Shown: positions 38,790-52,928, counted from the first letter of the stretch. The stretch: 64,000 bases of DNA from Octopus vulgaris (GCA_951406725.2 OX597819.1:67580001-67644000), one strand, 5' to 3'. A program made the numbers and translations. The notes: generated by a model from the sequence alone, not told the origin.

Positions 38790-40860
38790 TGCTTGCATAC
38801 ATACCCACACACTCGCATGCATCCCTACCCACATACATACACGCACACCTACTCACACACACACATACACACACACACATACCCGCACACACACACACAT
38901 ACCCACTTCAGACATACACACACACAGACATACACCCATACACCCACACTCACACGCATACACACACACACATACACACGCACACGTACACACACACACA
39001 CACACACACCCACATACATACATTACACTTGTATACGCACACACTTACATTCATACACACACACCCCTACACAGCCATACCCTCACTCAGACACACACAT
39101 CTACCTACACACACACAAACACACACTGACACACACCCATACATAGATACATCTACACACTCACGCCTACACACATACATACACACATACATAAACACAC
39201 ACACATACACATACACACACATACGCACACACGCATATACTTATACACATGCACACACACACACATACATACACCCATATACATACACACACACATACCT
39301 ACATACTCCTATACGCACATACATACACACAGACATACACACATACACACTCACACAAACATACACACACACATACTTACACACACACTCACCTGCACGC
39401 GCACACACATGCATGACAAACACTCATACACTCACACTCACATACGCACACACCAACATAAACACGCACACGCACACACACACCTACACTCCCACACACA
39501 TACACACGCACCTACATACACACACGCACGCATACACACGCATACACACATACATTACACACGTACACACACACCTACATACACATGCACACACACACAC
39601 ACACAAACATGCACGGACACACCCAGACATACATACATACACCTATATACACACGCCTACACACCTACATACACACACATATACACACGCCCACACAGCT
39701 ACATACACACACATACATACACACATACACGGACACACCCATACATACTTACATACATACACCTATACACACACGCCTACACACCTACACACACACATGC
39801 ACACACACACACATGTACGCACATACACACACATATACGCACACACATATATACCCACACACATGCACACACACACACATACGCACATACATGCACGCAT
39901 GCACACGCGCACACCTACACGCATACACACACACACACGCACGTACACATACATACATACACACACGCATACATACACCCATACACATACATGCATCCTA
40001 CACACACATACATACACACTCACACATACATATACACACACGCACTCACTCACACACCTGTATGTTCGCGCACACACATGCACATACACACACTTCCCCA
40101 CACCCACACGTACATACATACACACTCATACACACATACACACACACACACACACACGGACATACATCTATGCACACACATATATACACACATACTCACA
40201 TACATTCATCGGACACACTGCCACCCAGACATACACACAGACACACTCACACATCCACACGCACACATACGTACGCGCACACTCGCAGGCTCGCGCACAC
40301 ACGCGTTTGCGCCGGTTCGCGCACGCATGCGCCCGCATGCACCTCGCCCTTGGACCCGACGAGACCTCCCGCCCGTTCCTGGGATGTCGCTTGTCGTTGG
40401 GTTTTCCCACGCCCGTCTCCGCGGGACCACTCTTCCATCTTCCCCTCCGCTGGAGTCCTTTTCCTAAACCCCCCCCCCCCTTTTTTTCGTTACACACACG
40501 CGCACACATATACACACATTGCTTAAACATATACATCACTCTTACACACATTCAATCTACTCGCCACTAATACTACCACGACACTGGACACACACACACA
40601 CTACTACTCAACACACGCTGGCACGCTACATACGCCCCCACCCCTTCCCCTCCCTCCCTTCCTCCTTCCTCCCTTTTCTCACTACTGACCTTTGTCTGCT
40701 ATGCTGCTGCTATGCTGACCACCGTCTCGCCCTACCTCACACGCCTACACACAGACGCACACACTAACACATACATATATTTTTTGTTTTTTTACCTCGC
40801 CTCACACACACACATACACACACGCACACGCACACACTCACACATACACACACATCTGTT
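38790..40860. repeat. Long degenerate (CA)-rich low-complexity tract with a GC-rich insert near 40270-40480
   Basis: Directly visible; source of the spurious His/Thr ORFs. Confidence 0.9.
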
Positions 40861-41025
40861 GCGTTACCAACCTTGTCTCCACTCTTTTGCCTTTAAAAAC
40901 CCACTTTGCTCTTGTTATCGTAAACATCCGCCTTTCACCATGTGCTACTGCTAACACCAGCCGTTTTTTTCTCTATCTCCGTTGCCCGCTCCGGGATCTT
41001 TCTTTCCTCTCTCTTCCTTCTTTAT

Positions 41026-41060
41026 GTTTCCGACGAAGAGCTCCGCTCGAAACGTCATAC
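41026..41060 (+). ncRNA. Hammerhead-like motif (U4C variant)
   Basis: GUUU-CCGACGA-A-GAGC(UCC)GCUC-GAAACGUC-AUAC. Confidence 0.55.
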
Positions 41061-41146
41061 CTCCCTGCTTCCATTTCCTGAGCGCCTATTAATAATAATA
41101 CTGTAATTGTTCCCTTGTTGTTGTTTTTTTGTTTCCCGTTTGGATT

Positions 41147-41185
<39 letters not shown>

Positions 41186-42469
41186 CGAGCAAAACGCCCC
41201 CCTTCGTCCAATGGTCGAGGATGAGTTGTCAAACATCTAAACTAAATTTTCTCAAAACAGCTTATCCGACCGTCCCATAGACCTCCTGTTTTAACTTAAA
41301 TTTGAGACACCAGGAAAAGAAGAAATATAGATGGACTTTTTACTATTCCAAAGAAAAATATTTTATTCATAAATATGCAACCGAAGAGTTTAAACACCAG
41401 TAATAATAACGCTGCTGACTGGGAGAGCACAAACATGGTTTAAACAGTAAGCTTGACAGGAAAGAAACGTACATTTAAGCAGTACAAAAACAACAAAAAA
41501 TGGAAGGTGCAGTTATGTACAGGTTGACGGAAGGAAAGCAGGACAAAAACGGTTTTATCGATGGCATTCTGACCTATACAGTTTGGTCAATGGATTCTTG
41601 AGTGTCAACTGCATCGGTATACAAACATATATAAGGATATTCAGTTGTGTTATGCAATTTAGAAAAGATGTGATTTGGAATGAAATAGAATTTTCATAAC
41701 GTCGCATGCTTTTAACGATTATATTTGAAAATGGTAATAATGACTTGTATTGATTCAAAATTTACTGTAACATCGCACCTGCACTTATCACGATTATATA
41801 TATATATATATAAGGGGTTAGTAAACGCATATAGGATCCACTTGTTAATTAATTTCGTTGGGATTTGCGTCATATTCTTCCTATCGACATTATTTTACAC
41901 CTGTTTTTCTTCCCCCTCCTCATCGTCATCCTTATCATCATCATTATGACTCCCATCATCATCACCATCGTCATCATCATTGTAATCTTTAATTGCCACT
42001 GATACTCTAAAGATGTCATGACATCAACAATATAATGTACCCAATGACTTCGCTTGGCATGTAACTAAAATTGAATGTCAATCTTTAAGTGACGTATTTA
42101 AAATAGTGGATTGGATTTCTAAGACATTTATCAATGGATTTCTTAGATTACTTTACTACCTAGTTCAGTGGTTCCCAACAACTGCTACCAACCCTTTATT
42201 TAAATGAGTTCTCCCACGTATTCCTCATAATACGCTTATCCTTATATATATATATATTTCGTTTTTGGATTTGAGTTGCAAGATTCTATATATGAGTTCG
42301 TGTGTTGAAGCATATTCTGTTGTGTCTTTTTCTTTTTTTGTACCTTAAAATGTAACACACTCACCGGTCGAATTTCCACTTATTTCTTATTTTTATTTTC
42401 CTAAAAGTTTCGTTGCGTGTTGCAACCTAGGCAACCTAAGGCACAAAAAGCTCTCTCCAGACACAACTG

Positions 42470-42512
<43 letters not shown>

Positions 42513-42778
42513 ATGTATGCATGTGCGTGTGTGTAGATAGATAGATAGATAGATATATATATATATAGATAGATAGATATACACACATGTTAGAAGTAAA
42601 TACACCCCGCCCCCAAAAGCATAATTTTTTGTTTATCCTAGAAAAAGTCCTGGTGTCGATTTTGTGCGACTAAAGGTGGTGCTCCAGCATGGCCGCAGTC
42701 AAATGACTGAAACAATTAAAAGAATAAACGAATAAAAGAATATGCATATATATATATGTATATGCGTGTATATATAAG

Positions 42779-42816
<38 letters not shown>

Positions 42817-42962
42817 AGTATATATATATATATATATATATATACCTATATATGTGTGTGTGTGTGTATAATGTAGAGTATGATTTTCTTTAGAAATTTC
42901 GCTACCGGTGGTCTAGGATCTATAAAAATGTCAATAGACAACGTATTCTAAATATAAAATGG

Positions 42963-43128
42963 TGTACATTTAAGCACAAGAGAAAGCTGTCTTCATGTGG
43001 CAGTTTTTACACGCTAGTAATCAAAGCTACCTAGATTACTCTTAACTATGTGGTTTTAGTGGTTTTGACTACTTCTAGCGCGTAAAAACTGCCTGTTCAA
43101 GGTAGTTCTCTCTTATGTTTAAGTATAC
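42963..43128. repeat. Imperfect fold-back (about 65 bp arms), MITE-like
   Basis: ggcagtttttacacgctag / ctagcgcgtaaaaactgcc and matching flanks. Confidence 0.7.
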
Positions 43129-43169
43129 ATATATATATAATCCGTACTGCATCCGTGTTCTATATATAA

Positions 43170-43203
<34 letters not shown>

Positions 43204-43417
43204 ATACAACACGGATGCAGCACGGATTTTTGTCAGTGAACAGGTCGCGGTCTTAAAGTGACGAAAATATTTTTAACAAATTAAACTTAAATGTTGAAAT
43301 GAATCGAACGACTTTTGTGTGCTTCTTGAATGGCTTATAAACACCTTCCACGCCGCAATCGTTTTCGTTTCAGTACACGATCTCAGATCAAATCACTTGC
43401 TATGCAAGTACATCTCC

Positions 43418-43515
<98 letters not shown>

Positions 43516-43518
43516 TTT

Positions 43519-43557
<39 letters not shown>

Positions 43558-43559
43558 TA

Positions 43560-43602
<43 letters not shown>

Positions 43603-43627
43603 CATATACATATATATATATCTATAC

Positions 43628-43676
<49 letters not shown>

Positions 43677-43792
43677 AATAAATTCTGATATATATAACTG
43701 CTCTATAACGTAAGAAGAGCATATATATATATGTTTTCGAACGGTTTTATAACTGTGAAAATCCTATATATCTAGCCTGTAGAGTGATATAC

Positions 43793-43849
43793 CATGCGTT
43801 GATAAGAGGCAATTACCTCGAAATATATATATATATATATATATCGATG
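43793..43849 (+). ncRNA. Hammerhead-like motif (U3-A8 variant) whose stem III is a (TA)n run
   Basis: CAUGCG-UUGAUAA-GAGG(CAAUUA)CCUC-GAAA(UA)n-UCGAUG. Confidence 0.45.
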
Positions 43850-44889
43850 ATCGCCTGGGCTAAATATCAGTAACACCCCCACCACCCCGCCCTGTCCTAT
43901 ATATATATATATATATATCAATATATAAAATTCAGTTTTGGGGACTAATATATATGCACGTATTCTATTTCAGATAATACATAAAAAACCTAATGAGTAT
44001 ACCTGAAATTAAACTCATAGTGTCCGTTTGTACATCTCGAAATAATACTTAGAGGACATAATCATTATTACCAGCAGGGTATATACAATTTTTTATATTA
44101 TCTGAAATAGTATACCCGCATATCTATTAAACCCCAAATACGGATTATAATTGACTTTTATTAGATACTTTCTATATTTCTAGATTAATATATAAATATA
44201 TGATAAAATAAGACTCCAAGGTACGATATGCTGATGCATGTAATACTGAAGTGTTGTATATATGTAATATATGTATATATGTATACACAAACATATAGAT
44301 GTATATATATGTGTATATGCATATATATATAAATATATATATATACATATATATATATGTACATACATATATATATATTTATACATATATATATATATAT
44401 GTATACATATATTATATATATATATATATATACTCACACTCACACACGCATACACACACACACACACACATATATATATGTATGTATATGTATCTATTAC
44501 ATGTTCCAAATTATGTAATTCATTATTCATTTAATTACTTGCAATTAACTCAACATTTCTTCGACAGAGCATATTGTTTTCTATTGTTAATTTTCTTCCT
44601 CCATCCAAAGGAAGCATTTCAACAATTAAAGATTTTATTTTCATGCATCATGGAATCCATCAAATTAAAATTATCCATATCCATGTCATTCAATCATTTC
44701 AATTCTTCATGTTAGCTGGTTTCTCCTTTGTAATTATGCAAATTATAGTAACACAAAATTACCCATATATAATTTCATGCATGTTGATATCTATGTCAAG
44801 AGATTGTATGTTATTTTGAGAATTTATACACACACATACACACAAGGACACGCTAATACACACACATGCTAATATCACATACATATTCA

Positions 44890-45350
44890 CTTTCTTTTCC
44901 CGCACTATTTTCAGCTCAAGAGCATGGCGTTGCTAGCGAACCACCGTTAGCCTTATTATATTTACACTATTTAAAACGGCTTCTGATATGTCGCACCTGA
45001 TGACCGAGTGAATTTCATTTGGTGCCCTCATCTGCATTTGCTGCTTCCAGATAGGTTCGTCCGGAACTATTGACCAGAGGAGATTCAGATTTGCTTTGAA
45101 GACAACTATATCAACACGATGTATGTCTCTCGCTCTTTTTGGAAGGATAACGAAGAGCTGTAGATCCTTGATTCACAAGATGTTGCTGTATCTAGCTCTG
45201 TATCCTGAGGGCAATGTTGGGACCTTTAGCAATATGCACTAGTGTCCTGTTCTGGTGTTTACGCAATTTTTACTGCTAAAGTGAGGTACAAGTTCTTCCA
45301 AGAAGTTAACGATGCATATCACAGCATAACTCTCCCGCTTTCGGCAAAGG
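44890..45350 (-). mobile_element. Decayed 3' end of a CR1/L2-like LINE
   Basis: Remnants RESYAVI, QLFVILPK..RDIHRVDIVVFKANLNLLWSIVPDEP. Confidence 0.6.
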
Positions 45351-45705
45351 GATGATATACATGCATATATACATACATCCATCTATCCATCTATCCATCC
45401 ATCCATCCATCCATCCATACATACATACATACATACATACATACATACATACATACATACATACATACATACATGCATACATACATACTCACATACATAG
45501 ATAGTTGAGGTGTGTTCTGTCAAGAATATATTAGAGTACAAATACGGTTTCAAAGAAGCCATATTTACTTACGGAGACAGCGATAAAATATCGCCTGAGG
45601 AGATACTTATGGATCTTATTATACAGGTAAATCGTTGCCTAATCCAATTTAATTTGAATTTGAATTTAAATCCTGTATATATACGTAGATCTATATCTAT
45701 CGAGT

Positions 45706-45950
45706 GAAGGCACGTGGTTTAATGGTTAGGTTGCTGGATTCATAGCTGTAGGAATGTGGTTTCGATTCCTGGACCGGACGATGTCTTGTGTTCCTGAGCA
45801 AAGCACTTCATTTCACGTTGCTCCAGTCCACTCAGCTGGCAAAAATGTGTAATCCTACGACCGACTGTCGTTCCGTCCAGGTGGGGATTTTATACGCCAC
45901 TGAAACCGGGAAACCGGCCTTTAGGAGCCTGGCATGGTTCCAGAAGGTAA
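45706..45950 (+). mobile_element. tRNA-derived SINE (CORE/V-like central region)
   Basis: gtggtttaatggttag A box, ggtttcgattcc B box, tgtgttcctgagcaaagcactt..gctccagtccactcagctg. Confidence 0.65.
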
Positions 45951-46045
45951 CATATGTATCTAAGTATTTGTAGCTATCATTAAAAAGCTGCTTAACCGTA
46001 CTTACTCTACCCTTTCACTCTTTTACTCTTTGCACATACACACAC

Positions 46046-46159
<114 letters not shown>

Positions 46160-46849
46160 GTATATGTATACGTAGCAATCAGGATACAAAAGCAATACGA
46201 GTGTAACAGACGTCGATATTATTAGCTTCATGTTCAAAAAGGGAATGATCTTATGGCGTAAATGTCACGGAGGGAAAATATAACGTTTTGTGTATACTCT
46301 TTCGTTGGACACGTTGAGGAGAATCAATAGAGTGAGAGAAGGAGAGAGAGTCAAGTGACTGTTTAAAGGGAAAGAAGAAAAGTGTGGTTTTCATGTTTTA
46401 TCATTTGCATTTTTTAAAAATTTTACAGTTTTGAAATATATTGGTATCTTCATGCGTTATGTAATCGTCAGGTTTATGTTGTGACAGTCATGTTCCACAA
46501 TTGACAACTGTAGTGACATTTTTAGATTTATCCTTCAAATACCCTTCGATGGTCCCCTGCAGGTTGAATCTTACGAACTGTATTTTCACCGATTCAGTAC
46601 GTGGCTTAGATGTTACGGTATGGTGAGCGCAGCAACTAAATTTTAACAATATTTCGACCAATCAGTATGTGGCTTAGACGTCTCGGTTTAATGGACGCGT
46701 CAAGGATTCTTTACTTTGGCCACACCTAATGGAATAGTCGTTTAGGTATATTTTGGAGTGTTGTGAATAGCATTCCTGTTTTCATTGGTTATTGTTGTGA
46801 CTATGACAGCATACATTTCAATCGAATCAATGTTCATATGGTCATATTC

Positions 46850-47250
46850 TCTTTTATTCTCTTTGTTTCAGTAATTTGACTGCGGCCATGCTGGAGTAAC
46901 GCCTTTAGTCGCGCAAATCGACCCCAGGACTTATTCTTTGGAAGTCTAGTACTTATTCTGTCTGTCTCTTTTGCCGAACCGCTAAGTTACGGGGACGTAA
47001 ACACACCACCATCTGTTGTCAAGCGATGTTGGGAGAAAACAGAGACATACAGACATATAAACAGATCCATATATACACACATATACGACGGGCTTCTTTC
47101 AGTTTCCATCTACCAAATCCACTCACAAGGCTTTGGTCGGCCCGTGACTATAGTAGAAGACACTTTCCCATGAGGCCACGCAGTGGGAATGAACTCGGAA
47201 CCATGTGGTTGGTAAGCAAGCTACTTAACACACAGCCACTCCTGCGCCTG
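46850..47250 (-). mobile_element. tRNA-derived SINE, well-preserved copy
   Basis: Reverse complement reads ggcgcaggagtggctgtgt..gagttcattccc..gaaactgaaagaagcccgtcg..ccagcatggccgcagtcaa. Confidence 0.85.
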
Positions 47251-47399
47251 ATCATATTTTTACCTTTCAGTCGAGTCATATTTTCATATGGTCATCCTCA
47301 CCATCACCTTTATTATTGTTGTTATTAGTGGTGGCGGTTGCAGCAATAGTAATAGCAGTGGTACTTATTATTATTGTCGTATCTATACTATAATCGTCC

Positions 47400-47900
47400 A
47401 TCTATAACAGGTTTTCAATTTATCAATAAAATTCTTTTCTCTGACTTTCCTGTCGACTCACTTAAATTGTTTAGTTTTTAGATTAGGAATATTATAAACT
47501 TTCTCTGACAACGTGTTGCTAGATGGTTACTTAAAGGGATCTGACGGACATCAAGGTCCTTAATTTGCAGTGGGTGCACACGTGAACGTTCCACTAATGC
47601 ATTCCTAGTTTGACCAACGTATATCTCTTCACAGTTTGGTTATCGATGCGGTAAATTTAATTTCTGCTTTTACGGTTCTTAGTTGCATTTGTAAATATTC
47701 TTCTAGTTTTCATGTTCATATATTGACCAGTATGTATGAACTGACAGTCATCACATCGATTATCATTGCATTTAGACACAACGAATGATTTGTAATTTTT
47801 GCTTAGGTTAAACTTTGCTTTTGTTAATATGCATTTCAAGTTCTTCGCGTCCTTATTCTTAGAATGATAACTCGGTCCGTGGTTATATACTTTAATTCAT
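47400..47900 (-). mobile_element. Penelope-like remnant with Cys-rich linker and GIY-YIG endonuclease
   Basis: LTKAKF..KCNDNRCDDCQFIHTG, then NCEEIYVGQTRNALVERSRVH..PLSNHL..FIDKLK. Confidence 0.8.
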
Positions 47901-48079
47901 TACTTTGATCAGTGATCGACAAATTTGCTTTTGCAATGCTACGACCGTCAATGCATAAACCTGATGATTGCGCAACGCATGAAAGTACTAGTTTAGTTAA
48001 ATATTGTAAAATTGGAAAAATTGCAAATAATAGTGCATAAAAACGAGACTGAGTTGCAATTTCATTTATTAGTATATAC

Positions 48080-48480
48080 TTTCTTTTATTCTTTTACTTG
48101 TTTCAGTCATTTGACTGCGACCATGCTGGAGCACCACCTTTAGTGTAACAAATGGACCCCAGGACCTCTTTGTAAGCCTAGTACTTAGTCTATCGGACTC
48201 TGTTGCGGAACTGCTATGTGATGGGGACGTAAACACACCAACATCGGTTGTTAAGCGATGGTGGTGGGACAAATACAGACATAAATAAACATACACATAA
48301 ATATATATACATATATACGACGGGCTTATTTCAGTTTCCGTCTACCAAATCTACTCACAAGGCTTTGGTCGGCCCGAGGCTATAGTAGAAGACACTTGAC
48401 CGAAGTGCCACGCAGAGGAATGAACTCGGAATCATGTGGTTGGGAAGCAAGCTTCTTACCACACACCCACTCCTGCGCCT
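48080..48480 (-). mobile_element. tRNA-derived SINE copy
   Basis: Same family as 46850-47250. Confidence 0.85.
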
Positions 48481-48569
48481 AGCATGGCCACAGCTCATGG
48501 GCTGAAACTAGAATCAATCAATCAATCATATATGTGTGTATGTGTGTGTTTGTCTGTGTGCGTGCGCGT

Positions 48570-48965
48570 GCGTGTTGCTTCCATACAACAGGGTTCCGGG
48601 TTCAGTCTCATTGCGTGCCACCATGGGCGAGTGTCTTGTACCATGGCCTCGGCTTGACGAAAGCCTCGTGAACGGATTTGGGAGATGGAAGCTGAAAGAA
48701 TCCAGTTGTTTATATATATATATGTGTGTATATATATTTGTTTCTGTTTTAGTGTCAGTGTATACTACCATACCCCATCACCGCTGGACAACCGGTGTTA
48801 GTGTGTTTACGTCCCTGCAACATAGTGATTCACCAAATCGACAGGATAACTTAGTTCTAGACATGAAAAATAAGTCATAAGTCCTGGGGTAGATTTGTTC
48901 AACTGAAAACCCGCTCATGATGGTGCTCCAGCATGACGGTAGTAAAATAATTGAAACAAATAATA
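48570..48965 (+). mobile_element. tRNA-derived SINE copy (diverged, opposite orientation)
   Basis: ggttccgggttcagtc..ggtgctccagcatg. Confidence 0.7.
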
Positions 48966-49318
48966 GGCTAAAAGGAACGAGATAACGTGAAATAATTTTG
49001 TTTTGTTCGGGTGGGGGGGTCTTCAGATCCCGAAGTGCATAGTATATGTGTGTGTGTATTTGTGTGTGTTTGTATGTGTGTGTATATTATCGAAGGCAGA
49101 TTAATCTTGAGCGTCAAACTGGTTGCTTCAGCGATTTTGTTTTTGATTGATTTCTTTTTAATCAATTTCTCATAACACATTTTTATAGCACAGTTACGTT
49201 GATCATGTAAAGGATGATGCCACCAACAGCTACCGACTTAAATGTGTGCGCATACGTACGTCTTTGCCCCCACTTCATCCCCTCCATCGCTTGAAAATCC
49301 GTGCTGGTGTGTCTCTCT

Positions 49319-49712
49319 CTATCCGCTCAGTTGAAGTTGACTCTCGGCCACTCGTTGGATCAGTGTCCTCCAGTCAGTTCTATCCTGGGCCGCTTCTTTC
49401 AGATTGGCTATGTCCATTCTGGTATCACTCTTGATGGTGTCAAGCCAGCGGGTTCTTGGTCGGCCTCTTCTTCTCTTGCCACTAACTATTCCGAGCATGA
49501 TGTCCTTCTCCAAGGATTTTATCCGCATAATATGACCGAAATATGCCAATCTATGCTTGGTGATCCTAGCTTCTAGCGGCATTTTCGGCCCTATCTGCTT
49601 AAGAACTTCTCCATTGGTAAGCCTCGCTGTCTATGGAATCCGAAAATCCTTCTCCAACACCAAAGCTCGAATGCATTAATTCTCTTCTGGTCAGCTTTCT
49701 TTAGTGTCCAGG
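49319..49712 (-). mobile_element. 3' end of an RTE-clade LINE inserted in a SINE
   Basis: INAFELWCWRR..LAYFGHIMRIKSLEKDIMLG.VSGKRRRGRPRTRWLD..DRTDWR. SINE motif ctggtgtgtct occurs on both sides. Confidence 0.85.
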
Positions 49713-50519
49713 TCTGGTGTGTCTATGTCCTCGTAATTTTGCAGTTGAACAAAAGTGAACGATATAATAAGTTTCGGTCTTAAAAGAAATTAAGGACGAC
49801 TCTAATTTCGTTCAACTGAAATTCTCCCAGAATTTGTTCGAGTGTGGCGGCAGTATCATGACGGAAACAAACAAAAGATAAAAGATATACCTACATGTAA
49901 ACGTATGCTGAAAATAGTTTCTTTCAGATCCGTATTCTTGTTATTAATTGTGAGATTAAATACCCTAGTTTTTGTTATACGTGCGTCTTATCTATTAATT
50001 CTTCTGCTCCCAAGCTAGTATCAAAAAACAAACATTGAAATGAATATATACGTTCCATTTTGATACACTAATTATTTCATTAAGTATATAAAAGAGAAAT
50101 ACAATCGGAATCGTGTTACTTTTACATGCGTATACTGACAACTGCTGTTTTATTTTAATTCCTAAAATACCTTATACAAGGTCAGTGAATGTGAGAAATT
50201 CACGTGCCTCGAAGATGATTCACCATGTTAAAAATACAAGACAAATATAGGTTGTAAAAATTCTGGTTTTGATTTTTTTCTAATATCACGATATTCAGTA
50301 TGTGATTTATAGAAAACCTATGATTCTTACAGAATCATGGATTTCAGTATTCTTTTATTTTCAAAACAAAAAAAGACAAATAAATAGGTAATTAAGAATG
50401 AATAGAAGCTGTTCATTAATTGATTTTTCCTACTTATATGAGTGTTATTATCGTCCTAATTAGCTATGATAAACTTCTGCCTGGTAAATATTATCACAGT
50501 CTTTCTTTTCCCTCTTTTC

Positions 50520-50551
50520 CACGTGATGATAATGATCACTAACATCATCGA

Positions 50552-50590
<39 letters not shown>

Positions 50591-51000
50591 TATGAATGTG
50601 CAATATGATCATCGTAATGATCGTATCAAAATTATACAGCAATATACCTCTCCTTTGCTTCTGATATTCGGCATAGTTATTTGACATTATCATCATAATC
50701 ACCACCATCATCACCACAATCAACATCATCATCATCATCAGAACTAGCAACGTTCTCATATCGTCCTCCTCCTCCTTCTCCAGTATCAAATCATCATCTT
50801 TGCTGTGCTTCTTCTTCTCTACCCCATAATCACCACCGTCATTATTGTTACTCTCTTCCTCATCTTCGTCATCGCCACATCTTCCACATTATCATTACAA
50901 TTGCCATCACCACCGTCGCCATCATCACCATCATCATCGTCGTCATCATCGTCGCTATCATTACCATCATGATCATCATCATCATCATCATCACTCATCT
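50520..51000. repeat. Degenerate (CAT)n low-complexity region
   Basis: Directly visible. Confidence 0.85.
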
Positions 51001-51425
51001 ATATCGTCTGCTTCTCCACCGCTTATCTTGTAATGTATCATACTAATGAGATGTAGGGGCACCGTGTTCAGTTAAGCAATCACAATATAGTGCAACGTAT
51101 ATTAAACGCTCTAATAAGACCACAGTGTATTCTCCCGTGTCCTTACAGCACCAGCTGCCAGGTTTGTGTTTTAATATGTAAAATTTGTAAATTCAATAGA
51201 GTACCACCGCTATATATAGTGTCTCATTAGACAATGAGTTCGTGTATGGTTAATGGGTTGCATGGGTGTTGACGAAGGAGCAAAACCTCCTGGAGTATGG
51301 TATATACTCCAATTATCTATTTTTCATCGTCGATGTCATTGTTGTTTTCCTTAGGTGTTCAGAGATACAAAACTTCCAAAGAAAATCAATGCTGCTTATA
51401 ATTTCTGTGGAATATCTGCGGAGAT

Positions 51426-51680
51426 GGAGGTGCAGGAGTGGCTGTGTGGTAAGTAGCTTGCTAACAAACCACAGTGTTCCAGGTTCAGTCCTACTCCGTT
51501 TACTACTTACCCTAAGGCCAACCAAGGACTTGTGAGCGGATTTGGTAAACGGAAACTGAAAGAAGCCCACACACACACCCACACACATATATATATATAT
51601 ATTTCCAAATTCGGATATATATATATATATCAGGAAAATCCAGAATTATATACACATATATATGCGCAGCAAGGTATTCG

Positions 51681-51748
<68 letters not shown>

Positions 51749-51968
51749 AGGTGTGTGCGTGTGTTTGTGAGTCTGCCACCCCCATCGCTTGACAAGGAAT
51801 GCTGCTGCGTAAACATCCCCGTAACTTAGCAGTTCGTGAAAATGGGCCGATAAATTAAGTACTAAGCTTACAAAGAATAAATTCTATGAACGATTTGCTC
51901 GACTAAAGGCCGTGCTCTGGCATGGACGCAGTGAAATGACTGAAACAAATAAAAGAATAAAAGAAAAG
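51426..51968 (+). mobile_element. tRNA-derived SINE copy with an expanded central microsatellite
   Basis: ggtgcaggagtggctgtgtggtaagtagcttgc head; aaatgactgaaacaa.taaaagaataaaag tail. Confidence 0.8.
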
Positions 51969-52174
51969 AATTAATGAATAAAAAGATGACCTTATCACAT
52001 GACAGACGAGCACTACTAACACAGTAGTACACTGTATCGACTTGTTTAATATACGGTGTAGTATATCACTGCTCCATAACGAACTGCTGTATCCCTACAA
52101 GTCATTAATATTTATGTACCAGCTACCAGGTTGGTACATAAATATTAATAGAGGACAAACAAAGACACACAAAA

Positions 52175-52239
<65 letters not shown>

Positions 52240-52241
<2 letters not shown>

Positions 52242-52761
52242 ATAAATCTCTGAAGGAGATATAAACAGTAGCTGCACGACAATGTGGAGTATATTTGCCA
52301 CATAAATGTAGCTAACCACTAAGGGTGGATGCTACTGTAGCTTGTAGCCCCAGGAGAACATCTTCTCCAGCTGGCTATTGATACACTTTCTGTGCCCTAT
52401 CAGTATTTGCAAAGGGAAGCCATCCTTCCCATCGTCGACCTGACGTGATACGCACGGACCCAGGTTTCCGAGTATTTACCCGTCGTCAGCGCACGACAAT
52501 CAACGGTCTTCGATGCAAATACATATATATTTTTTCTAGTGACGAGAAGTCACTGATCTCGAAAAAGTGTAAACAAGCAATAATAAATCTCTGAACGAGG
52601 TATAAACAGTAGCTGCACGACAATGTGAATTATATTTGCCACTTAAATGAGGCTAGCCATTAAGGGTGGATGCTACTGTATCTTGTAGCCCAGGAGAATA
52701 CTCCAGCTGGCTATTGACACACTTTCTGTGCCCTATCAGTATTTGCAAAGGGAAGCCATCC
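52240..52761 (+). mobile_element. Partial tandem (about 1.5 copies, 341 bp period) between (TA)n tracts, retrozyme/pLTR-like
   Basis: 52240-52425 is repeated at 52581-52761; a hammerhead 3'-half-like motif lies at 52538-52574. Confidence 0.7.
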
Positions 52762-52775
52762 ATATATATATATAT

Positions 52776-52853
<78 letters not shown>

Positions 52854-52928
52854 TTCGCCTTAAATGGTCCTTTTACATACTGAACACTTGGTGAAATTGA
52901 TTAATTAATTAATTTTACCCTCAATTGT

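Noticed and set aside
38650-40570. Long His/Thr/Tyr-rich ORFs (615, 352 and 313 aa)
   Set aside because: They are translations of a CA-rich tract that lacks stops in several frames; no domain signal.
46430-46840. Possible Penelope-like RT thumb remnant on the minus strand (PKYT*TTIPLGVAK)
   Set aside because: Too short and decayed to call, and in the wrong order relative to the neighbouring endonuclease remnant.
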